64,000 bases of DNA. Origin: Candidatus Poseidoniales archaeon (GTDB taxonomy: Archaea; Thermoplasmatota; Poseidoniia; Poseidoniales; Poseidoniaceae). The translations under genes were made by a program, and so were the position numbers. Under the pieces are notes generated by a model. That model was not told the DNA's origin. It was given only the letters and a program-made list of their open reading frames with translations, and did no database searches. The stretch spans positions 145 through 64,144 of the forward strand of contig QQRY01000059.1 in NCBI GenBank assembly GCA_003602575.1, in the 5' to 3' direction. This document shows positions 28,562 through 37,567 of this stretch, in pieces; within the stretch, counting starts at the first letter, position 1, and every line of letters starts with the position of its first letter.

Positions 28562-29533
28562 ATGGCAAAGCGGTGGATGAGGCAGAAGATTTTGCCCATC
28601 CCGAATTTAATACTCGCAATTGTGGTTTTTATCTTACTAACAACTCCTTCATCAAGTGCCGTTGTAATAGATGCTGCAAATGAATTAGAAGGCACATATG
28701 AAGCATCAGGTGGAAGAACTATACTGGTCGAAGAGTTAAGCGCAACATGGTGTTCAAGTTGTTCAGAAATAGATCCTTACTTGATGGAAGTTGCTGATTC
28801 GCACGGCTCCCGAATTTCAATAGTTACTTATCATCCATCAGATGATGTGGATGCCTTTCAACCAGAAGCATCGCAGCATCGAATCGACCGTTTGAAAATT
28901 ACTCACCCTGAAATCGGCTCAACGCCTAGCTTCGTTGTCGATGGTGGAAAAATAAGAGTCGGCCCTGAATCATGGCCAGATGTTCAAAAGGATATTTTGA
29001 CTAAAGAAGTCAACAATCCTAATCCAAGTGAATTGAATTTCGAAATCCAAAGAATCAATGGAAGTATTGAAGCATCGATTAAGGGATTTAATCCACAGGG
29101 CAATGGAGATAATATTTCTCAATTGACATTCATGCTAGCCGAGCATTCGGTCAAAGTTCCAAACGGTTTTGCAAACCCTGGCGAGAGTACAAGAGATCGA
29201 GTTGTCACTGGAGTTGCAGAATGTAATTTACAGAATAATTCAATCGGCTATTCTAATGGATTTAGTAATGTCATAATCAATGATGATTCTTGTACATCAG
29301 GATTTAGTGTAACTTTAGATGAAGATATATCTCAATTTAGTTTGGTTTTAGTTCATGAAAGAGTCGTTGAAAACCTGACTACTCTAGACACTTCAGCAAA
29401 TACTTACGGTGTTGTTGAATTTTCTTACAGGGATGTTGAATCATCGGAATCTTGGAATAATTTAATGATCATATTAATTGGCTTCACAATTATTGGATTT
29501 TTGTGGCATTCTTATCAAAAAACTAAGAATTAA
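28562..29533 (+). CDS. Membrane-anchored extracytoplasmic thioredoxin-fold protein (DUF1223-like, WCSSC motif)
   Basis: N-terminal anchor LILAIVVFILLTTPSSSA and a C-terminal TM. VEELSATWCSSCSEIDP...VTYHPSDD...TPSFVVDGG resembles the DUF1223 CSSC pattern. Confidence 0.55.
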   Translation: MAKRWMRQKILPIPNLILAIVVFILLTTPSSSAVVIDAANELEGTYEASGGRTILVEELSATWCSSCSEIDPYLMEVADSHGSRISIVTYHPSDDVDAFQPEASQHRIDRLKITHPEIGSTPSFVVDGGKIRVGPESWPDVQKDILTKEVNNPNPSELNFEIQRINGSIEASIKGFNPQGNGDNISQLTFMLAEHSVKVPNGFANPGESTRDRVVTGVAECNLQNNSIGYSNGFSNVIINDDSCTSGFSVTLDEDISQFSLVLVHERVVENLTTLDTSANTYGVVEFSYRDVESSESWNNLMIILIGFTIIGFLWHSYQKTKN

Positions 29534-29631
29534 GTAATTAAATTACTTTTTACATAAATTAATTTCTGTTTTCAGGCGTAAAATGAACATTTGACCGTAG
29601 GTTTGATAACCTCCCGCGAGAATGATATAAC

Positions 29632-29901
29632 ATGGAAAAGACATGGGAGGATGTTGAGTGGCAGGGAGACGAACCGTTGAAAGAATGGTATGTAGAATAT
29701 ATCGCAATCGTGAATGATGAGAAATTCCACCACATGTCAGTTCTATACGGAGAAGATTACTCTGATGTCCAGAGAAGTCTATTACATGAAGTAAGGAGAA
29801 CTTATACAGTCAATGATAGAATAGATGTAACAATAATCAAGATTCATGAAACCGATGAGAAAACAGATGCTGCCTTATTCGAAGGATTGTTTGTACCTTA
29901 A
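29632..29901 (+). CDS. Hypothetical protein
   Basis: 89-aa acidic ORF with no recognisable motif. Confidence 0.4.
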   Translation: MEKTWEDVEWQGDEPLKEWYVEYIAIVNDEKFHHMSVLYGEDYSDVQRSLLHEVRRTYTVNDRIDVTIIKIHETDEKTDAALFEGLFVP

Positions 29902-30501
29902 TCACTTCTCTTGATATCTTATCTCAATGATGTCACTGGTGTTAATAAGTAAATAATCGTCATATTGATCGATTTCTTGACCTCCGACAGTCATTATTAG
30001 TTCATGTGTTGAATTTACTCTATATTCAAAAATCCCAGTTTCATCAAAATGATGCCCCCAGATATCAAAGAATACTCCAATCGGTATATCGATATCTTCA
30101 TTCGATTCAATATGCAATCTTCCTGAGCTGTCGTGAGTATGTACTGCATGCATTTCTTCTCCATCTTTATTACAAATATCAGTCATTATACCCACGTTCG
30201 CAGGAATGACTTCTTGTTGGCCATTGATGAAAATTTGTAGTGTAGCATGGTCATGCCTTGCTAAGCCATCATGGTCCAAACAATCTTGAGAAATAGGGTC
30301 AGGGTTATTCGAGGTATTGTATGATCCACCCGTATTTTCTGATGAATTATTAGAGGAGTTCTCAACAATATCATCTGATGAGTCTTCATTTGAAGAAAAA
30401 ATAGAACTCAGAGATATATCATTCTCTCTAGCCAGAATAGCGAACAAAAGTATTAATGAGACTAATGTTACAAAAGCCCACATTTTGCTTTCTTTATTCA
30501 A
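29902..30501 (-). CDS. Secreted His-rich protein of unknown function
   Basis: N-terminal anchor WAFVTLVSLILLFAIL, a Ser/Asn-rich linker, then CLDHDGLARHDHATLQIFINGQQ...MHAVHTHDSSGRLHIE...WGHHF. Confidence 0.55.
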   Translation of the reverse strand: MNKESKMWAFVTLVSLILLFAILARENDISLSSIFSSNEDSSDDIVENSSNNSSENTGGSYNTSNNPDPISQDCLDHDGLARHDHATLQIFINGQQEVIPANVGIMTDICNKDGEEMHAVHTHDSSGRLHIESNEDIDIPIGVFFDIWGHHFDETGIFEYRVNSTHELIMTVGGQEIDQYDDYLLINTSDIIEIRYQEK

Positions 30502-30513
30502 AAAAGCACCTCA

Positions 30514-31146
30514 TCACTTATTCCATTCCGAATTATCTTCTTGGAGTTTCTTCAGTCTGAAAAATCCAACAAATGCAGCGATATTAGCAATATGTGCAGT
30601 TGTACAATAAAGACATATCTTCTCTTCTTGAATCTCATAAGAGACCAATAATCCAATGACTAATAATCCAATACCGGTTGTTAGAAGACCCATACTTACA
30701 AATCGCTCAGAAAGTGGATGGTTATGTTCTTGCTTCAAAACTAATACAATGAAGAGCAGTAATGCAAAAGTGGCCATTCCAATTAGACCCCATGATAGAC
30801 CTAAGACAGGGTCTACATTCAGTTTGCTATTACCTAGTAAATCATCGCAAGAAAAAGTCGATGTTGAAGAACAGAAACTCCCTCCTTCACTGATTTTTGA
30901 GGAAATCCAAAGTGTCTGAGTGGATACTGCAAACCCTGCGAGTGAAATTAATTGAAGTCCTGAAAGTAAACGCCCTCTAGCTGTTTTTAGCGAAGGAAAT
31001 CTATCTGTTAAAGAAGATACGAAAGATTCGCCCCAAGGAGTTACGATCAGAAAACCAATCAATACAGGCAAAAGATATGCTCCAACAAGAAGATTAGATG
31101 TCAAATCAAGCACTCTCCCTAGGAACCAATCTAACGATTGCATCAT
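30514..31146 (-). CDS. Vitamin K epoxide reductase (VKOR) family membrane protein
   Basis: Polytopic membrane protein with the loop cysteine pair CSSTSTFSC and the in-membrane CLYC (CxxC) motif. Confidence 0.75.
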   Translation of the reverse strand: MMQSLDWFLGRVLDLTSNLLVGAYLLPVLIGFLIVTPWGESFVSSLTDRFPSLKTARGRLLSGLQLISLAGFAVSTQTLWISSKISEGGSFCSSTSTFSCDDLLGNSKLNVDPVLGLSWGLIGMATFALLLFIVLVLKQEHNHPLSERFVSMGLLTTGIGLLVIGLLVSYEIQEEKICLYCTTAHIANIAAFVGFFRLKKLQEDNSEWNK

Positions 31147-31741
31147 TTACTTTTTCATCTTGATGTTCCGAAGAGGACCAAGCGATTATCCCATCTGGTT
31201 GAATCAAGAAATAGTTTGGAGTTCCTGGAATACCCCATTCTTTCATGTTGTCTTGGTCAATATCGTCAATGTAAGGGAAGTTGTGATTATAGTCGGACCG
31301 GAATTTTTCAATCTCTGCTCTATCCGTTTCATGACCTTGGATATCGAGTTCTGTGGCACTGGCTAAAAAGTTGACATGAGGTCCGTTCCAATCGGGATTA
31401 TTGACACTGAAGGTATTAGCAAATTGACCATATTCATCTGCTGTTTGCTGACAATAAGGACAATCAGTATCCATGAACTCGATTACAACCCATTGACCGC
31501 TAACATCGCCTTCTTGCCATGAGGTATTGAAATAACTACTAAAGTCAAATTCTGTCCATCCTGAGCCATTGTAGTACTTACCTTCAATGTCAGGTGCTCT
31601 TTGTCCTTCATTAGTTCCTACTGAAACTGGGTTTGCCGTAAAAGCAATAATCATAATTCCAATAAAAAACAATGACATGACCTTGATTAGAGCATTGCCA
31701 ACTGCTGCTGCGTTTTCATCTTCTATAACATCAATCTTCAT
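31106..31741 (-). CDS. Membrane-anchored thioredoxin-like (TlpA/redoxin-type) protein
   Basis: N-terminal TM, then WVVIEFMDTDCPYCQQTADEY (CPYC active site). The 3' end overlaps the VKOR gene start. Confidence 0.75.
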   Translation of the reverse strand: MKIDVIEDENAAAVGNALIKVMSLFFIGIMIIAFTANPVSVGTNEGQRAPDIEGKYYNGSGWTEFDFSSYFNTSWQEGDVSGQWVVIEFMDTDCPYCQQTADEYGQFANTFSVNNPDWNGPHVNFLASATELDIQGHETDRAEIEKFRSDYNHNFPYIDDIDQDNMKEWGIPGTPNYFLIQPDGIIAWSSSEHQDEKVNDAIVRLVPRESA

Positions 31742-31745
31742 AATT

Positions 31746-32690
31746 TCACAGTCCTATTTCCTCGATTAAGCACTTAGCCGTATGACGTATTGCATCCTCG
31801 CTGTTATATCGCACATCATATCCTGTTGAAAGCATTTTGTCAATACCGAGCATCGCCCTTGGGATATCTCCAGCCCAACCTCTGTCCCCACCAGTATACT
31901 CGATCTTTGCGTCTTTGCAATTGGTTTCTTCGATTACTATTTCGGCAATTCTAGATACTGAGGCTGTATCATGACTACCTAAATTAAACAAATTTAGACT
32001 CTCATTGGAATTTTCCATTACATGTAAAATCCCGTCAACGCAATCACCAACTTCCATGTACGACTTTTCTTGAAGCCCATTACCTAGAACTTCAAGTCTT
32101 GAAGGGTCTGCTTTGAGTTTGTGAATAAAATCAAAAATTACGCCATGTGTACCTCTGTGTCCAATAATATTGGCAAATCTAAAAATCCATGCTTGAAGAC
32201 CAAAGGTACCCACCCAACTACTAATCAGTCCTTCTCCCGCCTGTTTACTAGCTCCATAAAGAGAAATTGGCATACATGGTCCATGATTCTCAGGTGTTGG
32301 CATAGGTGCATTTTCGCCATATACTACCGAAGAAGATGCAAATACGATCTTTTTTACTTCACACCTTCTCATAGATTCAACAATATTGTAAGTTGCAATT
32401 GTCCCTTGCTTCAAATCTGTATCTGTAATCTTGGTTCCCAATCTAATATCGGGATTAGCCGCTAAATGGAACACGCAATCTATTCCTTCCATAGCTCCAT
32501 GAACGTCATCAAAATTAGTGATATCTCCCTCATGTAAAACTACAGAGCCCGAATCAATATGAGTTTGAATGAATTCAATCTTGCCGCTGGACAAATTATC
32601 TAAAACTACGACTTCATCACCTCTAGAAATCAATCTATCAATAAGATGTGAACCAATAAATCCAGCCCCACCTGTAACAAGTGCTCGCAT
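31746..32690 (-). CDS. NAD-dependent nucleotide-sugar epimerase/dehydratase (GalE-like)
   Basis: Motifs MRALVTGGAGFIGSHL and YGASK. Extended-SDR length. Confidence 0.85.
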   Translation of the reverse strand: MRALVTGGAGFIGSHLIDRLISRGDEVVVLDNLSSGKIEFIQTHIDSGSVVLHEGDITNFDDVHGAMEGIDCVFHLAANPDIRLGTKITDTDLKQGTIATYNIVESMRRCEVKKIVFASSSVVYGENAPMPTPENHGPCMPISLYGASKQAGEGLISSWVGTFGLQAWIFRFANIIGHRGTHGVIFDFIHKLKADPSRLEVLGNGLQEKSYMEVGDCVDGILHVMENSNESLNLFNLGSHDTASVSRIAEIVIEETNCKDAKIEYTGGDRGWAGDIPRAMLGIDKMLSTGYDVRYNSEDAIRHTAKCLIEEIGL

Positions 32691-32817
32691 AGTTTAACCA
32701 ACAAACACGACCGTATAAGGAGAATGGTTTACGTGATAAGACCAAATGATTACTTTGATAACCATTGAAACTAACAGATATATTTCCTGCTGGCTAAGTC
32801 AGCAAGGTTGTGAGAAA

Positions 32818-33087
32818 ATGGTAAAACAAAAAATAGGAAAAAATGAACAAGAAAATAAGAACGAAAAATTGGAAGAAAACAGAAGCCTACTTGTAGGTTA
32901 TGTTAGAAAAAGTAATGCTGGTGGAGCACTGAAAATTTCCATCAATAATGATGCTTTTTCAGACTGCTTGACATATGTTACTAGCGATGGACAAACATAT
33001 GTCCCACTAGTCATATCTCTGAATGCCTTAAATCGTGTGATCGAAGGTGAAAGAGCTGTGACTACAATCAGTCAAATGCTTGACTAA
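32818..33087 (+). CDS. Hypothetical protein
   Basis: 89 aa from the ATG at 32818 (the ORF opens at 32746). No recognisable motif. Confidence 0.4.
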   Translation: MVKQKIGKNEQENKNEKLEENRSLLVGYVRKSNAGGALKISINNDAFSDCLTYVTSDGQTYVPLVISLNALNRVIEGERAVTTISQMLD

Positions 33088-33248
33088 TCATTTAATTATG
33101 ATGCAGGTCGTGAATGAGTTCACGCCATAAATAACGCCTGCAACCGCTCTGAGGAGTGGTTGCAGGCCCTTAGTAAGTAATTTTATACTAAATCTATATT
33201 TATATCAATACCAATATATAGTCACGGTCAACAGGTAAGTATGTGGAA

Positions 33249-34187
33249 ATGGGTGATACACATACCGATGAGACCGAGCGTTTCATCGTGGCAGGGATGC
33301 CAATGTACAATGAAGAAGAAACCATTGGCACAGTTGTAACAATGGCTCTAAGGCATGTTGATGCTGTAATTTGTATTGACGATGGTTCATCGGATTCAAG
33401 TGCAAGAATTGCAGAAAAATGTGGTGCAATAGTTGTTAGACACAGAGTTAATCGAGGCTATGGAGGCGCTTTGAAGACACTATTTATTAAAGCCAAAGAG
33501 ATCAATGCTGATGCTCTTGTAATACTAGACAGTGACGGCCAGCATGAAACCTCTGATATTCCTAAGTTACTAGAACCAATTATTTCAGGTGAAGCAGATT
33601 TCACAATAGGCTCCCGATTCATAAATGGGGGAGGTGGTACAGATATGCCAGCATATAGAAGATTAGGAATAAAAGTAATCACTGCCGCAAGTAATCTTTC
33701 TAGTGATTTGGGCATCAAAGATACCCAATCTGGATTTAGAGCCTTCTCTCGTTCTGCAATTGAAAGGTTGAGATTCGATGCGGAGGGCATGGAATTATCT
33801 CTTGAGATGTTAGAGGATGCTCATGATAAGAATCTAAAAATTCAAGAAGTACCAACAATTATTCGTTACGATGTCCCTAAAGGATCCAATTTCACGGCTG
33901 TATCTCACGGATTCACAGTCCTATCTTGGGCACTACTTTCCCTATCTCAAAAGAAACCACTTCTTGTATTAGGAATTCCAGGTGTTGGCCTATTAGCAAC
34001 TGGTGCAGCGATGGGATTGAATCTGGCTCAAGGATTTACAGGACAACTTGACAATTACATTGGAACTGGACTTTCTGCTGTCTGGATTGGAGTATTAGGC
34101 CTATCATTGATGGCAACTGGACTAGTCCTACAAAGTGCTCGAGGTTTCCTTAAGCATCTACTTGTAAAAGAGTTCGGGCTAGACTAA
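33249..34187 (+). CDS. Family-2 glycosyltransferase (dolichyl-phosphate sugar synthase-like) with C-terminal TM helices
   Basis: Motifs MPMYNEEETIG, IDDGSSDSS, NRGYGGA and ILDSDGQH. Two C-terminal hydrophobic helices. Confidence 0.8.
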   Translation: MGDTHTDETERFIVAGMPMYNEEETIGTVVTMALRHVDAVICIDDGSSDSSARIAEKCGAIVVRHRVNRGYGGALKTLFIKAKEINADALVILDSDGQHETSDIPKLLEPIISGEADFTIGSRFINGGGGTDMPAYRRLGIKVITAASNLSSDLGIKDTQSGFRAFSRSAIERLRFDAEGMELSLEMLEDAHDKNLKIQEVPTIIRYDVPKGSNFTAVSHGFTVLSWALLSLSQKKPLLVLGIPGVGLLATGAAMGLNLAQGFTGQLDNYIGTGLSAVWIGVLGLSLMATGLVLQSARGFLKHLLVKEFGLD

Positions 34188-34239
34188 CCGAATTTCGAAT
34201 TTATGCTAAATTCGATTATTATTACTGAATGGTAATAGT

Positions 34240-37212
34240 ATGGTTCAAGACCCTACTATATTTCGACTAATCATGAGCGAAAGGGGCGGACCTATACGGG
34301 AAGCCCTCAATACCGTATCAGAACAATTTTCGAGTGTCCGTAGAAGAATTGCAGATTCGACTACTAAAAAACTCGATAGTATGTATGGAAATATTTTGTC
34401 ATCTCCTGCTACAGTTGTGATTCTTTTAGTTATAATTGCGGCTTTTTTTGCTCAGCAGGGTATGAGTTTCCAAGACCAAATCGATGATGATGTAGAAATT
34501 TTTCTTCCTGATGGCGCTCCATCCACAGAACTATTACTCGAAGTTAGGGAAGAATGGTCTACTGATATAACCATTATTTACATCAAAACCAATAATGCAG
34601 ACCCTAACCTTGATGAAAATGGTCAACCAATGTGGGCTAAAGGTGAAGATAATATTACAGATAAAGCAATTCTTGAAGAGATTAGTTGGGTTGAAGGTGA
34701 TGACCGAAATATTGGTGGAGATTCGATTAGTAGAGGCATAGACTATGACAAGGATGACCATGGACGAAATGATGGAGTTTTATGGATAATATCTCCTGCA
34801 CAAATAATGAAAGAGATTAATTCTGCTGATGGTAGATTTAATGATTCATTTTGTAATAATATCATCGACACTAGAGACCCTGGTGAATTGATTAGTTTTG
34901 ATATTCCGTGTGACATGCTGCCACCTGGAGGAGAATATGCTATACCGGAGCAAGCTCAAATTGATCGAATCATTGAAGAATCAAATGGGAGTTTTGAAGC
35001 TCTAATAAAAGATACTAATGACATGGACTTATCTTATGATAGTGATGGAGACGGTGATCCCACAAATGACATGGATGGAGATGGAATATGGGATACAACT
35101 GCAATAATTGTAGGGATGAGCCAAGATTTTGATTCAATGGAAGATTTTGCAGACTTTAAGGAATTGATGAACCATTTTGAGAGGGTTATAGAAAATCGTC
35201 CTGGATACGAAGATGAAAATAATCCTGCGTTGGAAGAAATGACTGTTACTGGTTTGAATAAAGTCTTAGAAGATGTTTCCGAAGAAATTTATCAAGACCT
35301 ATTGATGATTCTTCCGTGGTCAGTACTATTTACAATCCTTATTATCACCGCCCTCCATAGGTCTTTGAAGGTGGTAGTAATCACCGGTCTTCCAATAGTA
35401 ATGGCACTTGCTGTCACATTTGGTTCGTCTGTAATTCTTGATTTCACGCTGACTCCTATGATAGTTGCAACGTTCCCAATTTTAATTGGTTTAGGTGTAG
35501 ATTATGCATTACATATGGTTAATCGTATTGAAGAAGTGCGGCGCAAAGAACTCATCAAATTAACAGATGAAAATGAAAGAAGAAGACGTAAGGGTCAAAC
35601 TTTACAAGAAGTTCCAGATTTATGGGATTTGGATTTTTATAAAAAATGTGTTCTCGAAATGACAAGTTCAACCGGAGTGGCTGTTTTTATTTCCGCCATG
35701 ACTACAATTATTGGTTTCTCAGTACTGATTGCGCCTCAAATAGTCACAGTTGCACCAATCCGTTCAGTTGGTATGACACTTGTAATAGGGATTGCATCAA
35801 CCCTATTTTTCAGTATTATTTTGGTTCCAACTCTTGCATGGATGCTCGGGTTCCATAAACGTTCGAACCTAATTAATTGGAAGAATATTGGCAAGTGGCC
35901 AGTAAAAGGATTTTTGGTAATATTACTTATTGCAGGTAGCATTACATTTTCTGGAATCATGATGTGGAGTGGCCAAATGGATAAATCCATTACTGGAAGT
36001 GACCAAACACCAGATAATATAGATTCAATCGAATCATTGTCAGAATATTCAAGTTATTTCAGCGGAGGGCAAACTTCACTATTCATTTTCAGCGCTGAAG
36101 AGCGAACCAATAATAATAATACTGACCAAATTAGGGACTTACCAGTCTTAGATGTAATCGATGGACTAGAGAATAGGATAGACGATGTTGATAGAACTAA
36201 TACAACGAGTATAGTGACTTTCCTTAGAACAATACCGGTACAGATTGGATGGGAGGCACCGGTCATAGGCGGTACCTATGTTTACAAGGATAGCTTGTGG
36301 AATTTCCTGCATGAGCCTTGCTGGACAAGTAATGATCCAATAGAATGTAATGCTTGGTTATTACTGGATGCTTCAGGGCCAGGTGGAAGGGAACAACTAC
36401 GCAAGGACATGGTAAATGTCGTTTTTGATACATTGAGCGATGAAGTATTGTCTATGCTACTGAATGAAGACGGTACAAAGGGCATCGTCTATGTTACTCA
36501 GCCATATATGAATTTGGACTATGCATCTGAATTGAGAGATGACATCGATTTAATGTTGCAAGAGGATACAGGACTTGATGGCACTGGTGCATCAAAGTTG
36601 ACTGGAGGCTTACCTGTATCCTTGGACATCAATGAGGGAATTCATGGTGCTCAAAATCTAACAACTATTGTCACAATGATTATTCTCACAATAGTTTTAT
36701 CATTTGTTTTCCGATCATTCAGATTGGGAATATATACTATGATTCCTGTAGCAGTTGTGATTCTTTGGCAACCTATTTTGATGGATAGTTCAGATGTAAA
36801 TGTTAATATTTTCACTGCAATGATTGGCACAATTGTATTTGGCATCGGGGTTGATGATTCAATCCACGTGATGCACAGAATACAAGAGGAAGGGGAAACT
36901 CCCACGGGAATTGCAAATTCTATAGAAGAGACTGGTCAGACCATATTTGAAACCACAATCACAACAGTCAGCGGTATTGCTGCTGGATTTTTAGTATCAT
37001 TCCCTGGACTTGAGAACTTCTTCATGATAATGTGTCTACTGATCATATTTGCCTTCATTACGAGTACTTTCTTATTACCTGCTGTAATAACATTAGAACA
37101 TTGGATCAAGGCTAAAATCAAAGGAGAAGGAAATTGGATTGATTATGGAGAAGGAATAGCATTGGCTTCACCAATATCGATGAAGCCGCTTGACGCGGTC
37201 TTGGAAGAGTAG
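34240..37212 (+). CDS. RND-superfamily exporter (MMPL/COG1033-type), second copy
   Basis: Motifs GLGVDYALHMVNRIEE and GIGVDDSIHVMHRIQEE. 12 predicted TM segments and large acidic loops. Confidence 0.8.
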   Translation: MVQDPTIFRLIMSERGGPIREALNTVSEQFSSVRRRIADSTTKKLDSMYGNILSSPATVVILLVIIAAFFAQQGMSFQDQIDDDVEIFLPDGAPSTELLLEVREEWSTDITIIYIKTNNADPNLDENGQPMWAKGEDNITDKAILEEISWVEGDDRNIGGDSISRGIDYDKDDHGRNDGVLWIISPAQIMKEINSADGRFNDSFCNNIIDTRDPGELISFDIPCDMLPPGGEYAIPEQAQIDRIIEESNGSFEALIKDTNDMDLSYDSDGDGDPTNDMDGDGIWDTTAIIVGMSQDFDSMEDFADFKELMNHFERVIENRPGYEDENNPALEEMTVTGLNKVLEDVSEEIYQDLLMILPWSVLFTILIITALHRSLKVVVITGLPIVMALAVTFGSSVILDFTLTPMIVATFPILIGLGVDYALHMVNRIEEVRRKELIKLTDENERRRRKGQTLQEVPDLWDLDFYKKCVLEMTSSTGVAVFISAMTTIIGFSVLIAPQIVTVAPIRSVGMTLVIGIASTLFFSIILVPTLAWMLGFHKRSNLINWKNIGKWPVKGFLVILLIAGSITFSGIMMWSGQMDKSITGSDQTPDNIDSIESLSEYSSYFSGGQTSLFIFSAEERTNNNNTDQIRDLPVLDVIDGLENRIDDVDRTNTTSIVTFLRTIPVQIGWEAPVIGGTYVYKDSLWNFLHEPCWTSNDPIECNAWLLLDASGPGGREQLRKDMVNVVFDTLSDEVLSMLLNEDGTKGIVYVTQPYMNLDYASELRDDIDLMLQEDTGLDGTGASKLTGGLPVSLDINEGIHGAQNLTTIVTMIILTIVLSFVFRSFRLGIYTMIPVAVVILWQPILMDSSDVNVNIFTAMIGTIVFGIGVDDSIHVMHRIQEEGETPTGIANSIEETGQTIFETTITTVSGIAAGFLVSFPGLENFFMIMCLLIIFAFITSTFLLPAVITLEHWIKAKIKGEGNWIDYGEGIALASPISMKPLDAVLEE

Positions 37213-37213
37213 T

Positions 37214-37517
37214 GGAGGAGTAGGGAGTAAGCCCCTTTCTGTTACCTTTCGGCGACCACATTCAACTTAGCATCCTACCTGTCCCTAGGCACGCAACCTC
37301 AAAACGGGACTGTTTGGACTTGCTCCTGTGCGGTTGCTCGTTTCATCGACCACAAGGCAATCTCCGTCTTTCAACATCATAGTACACACCTTGTATCGTT
37401 CGTTTCTGTAGCATTGACCTAACCATCTCTGATTTCTCACTTCTGCGAGGCACACGCGTTATGGAGAGGGGACTTTCCTCAGAGTCGAACTCTGTCAGTG
37501 GCCCTCCTACTCCCTCC
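37214..37517 (-). ncRNA. rnpB: RNase P RNA (archaeal type A)
   Basis: The reverse complement carries CR-I GAGGAAAGUCCCC (37468-37480) and CR-V ACAGAAAGGGGCUUAC (37227-37242), which can form P4. The 5' GGAGGGAGUAGGAGGG and 3' CUCCCUACUCCUCC ends form the terminal P1 helix. About 304 nt and GC-rich relative to its flanks. Confidence 0.85.
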
Positions 37518-37567
37518 AAATATCCGTGTAACCTATACAATTCAAAACCTTCGGATAGAAAATCCAA

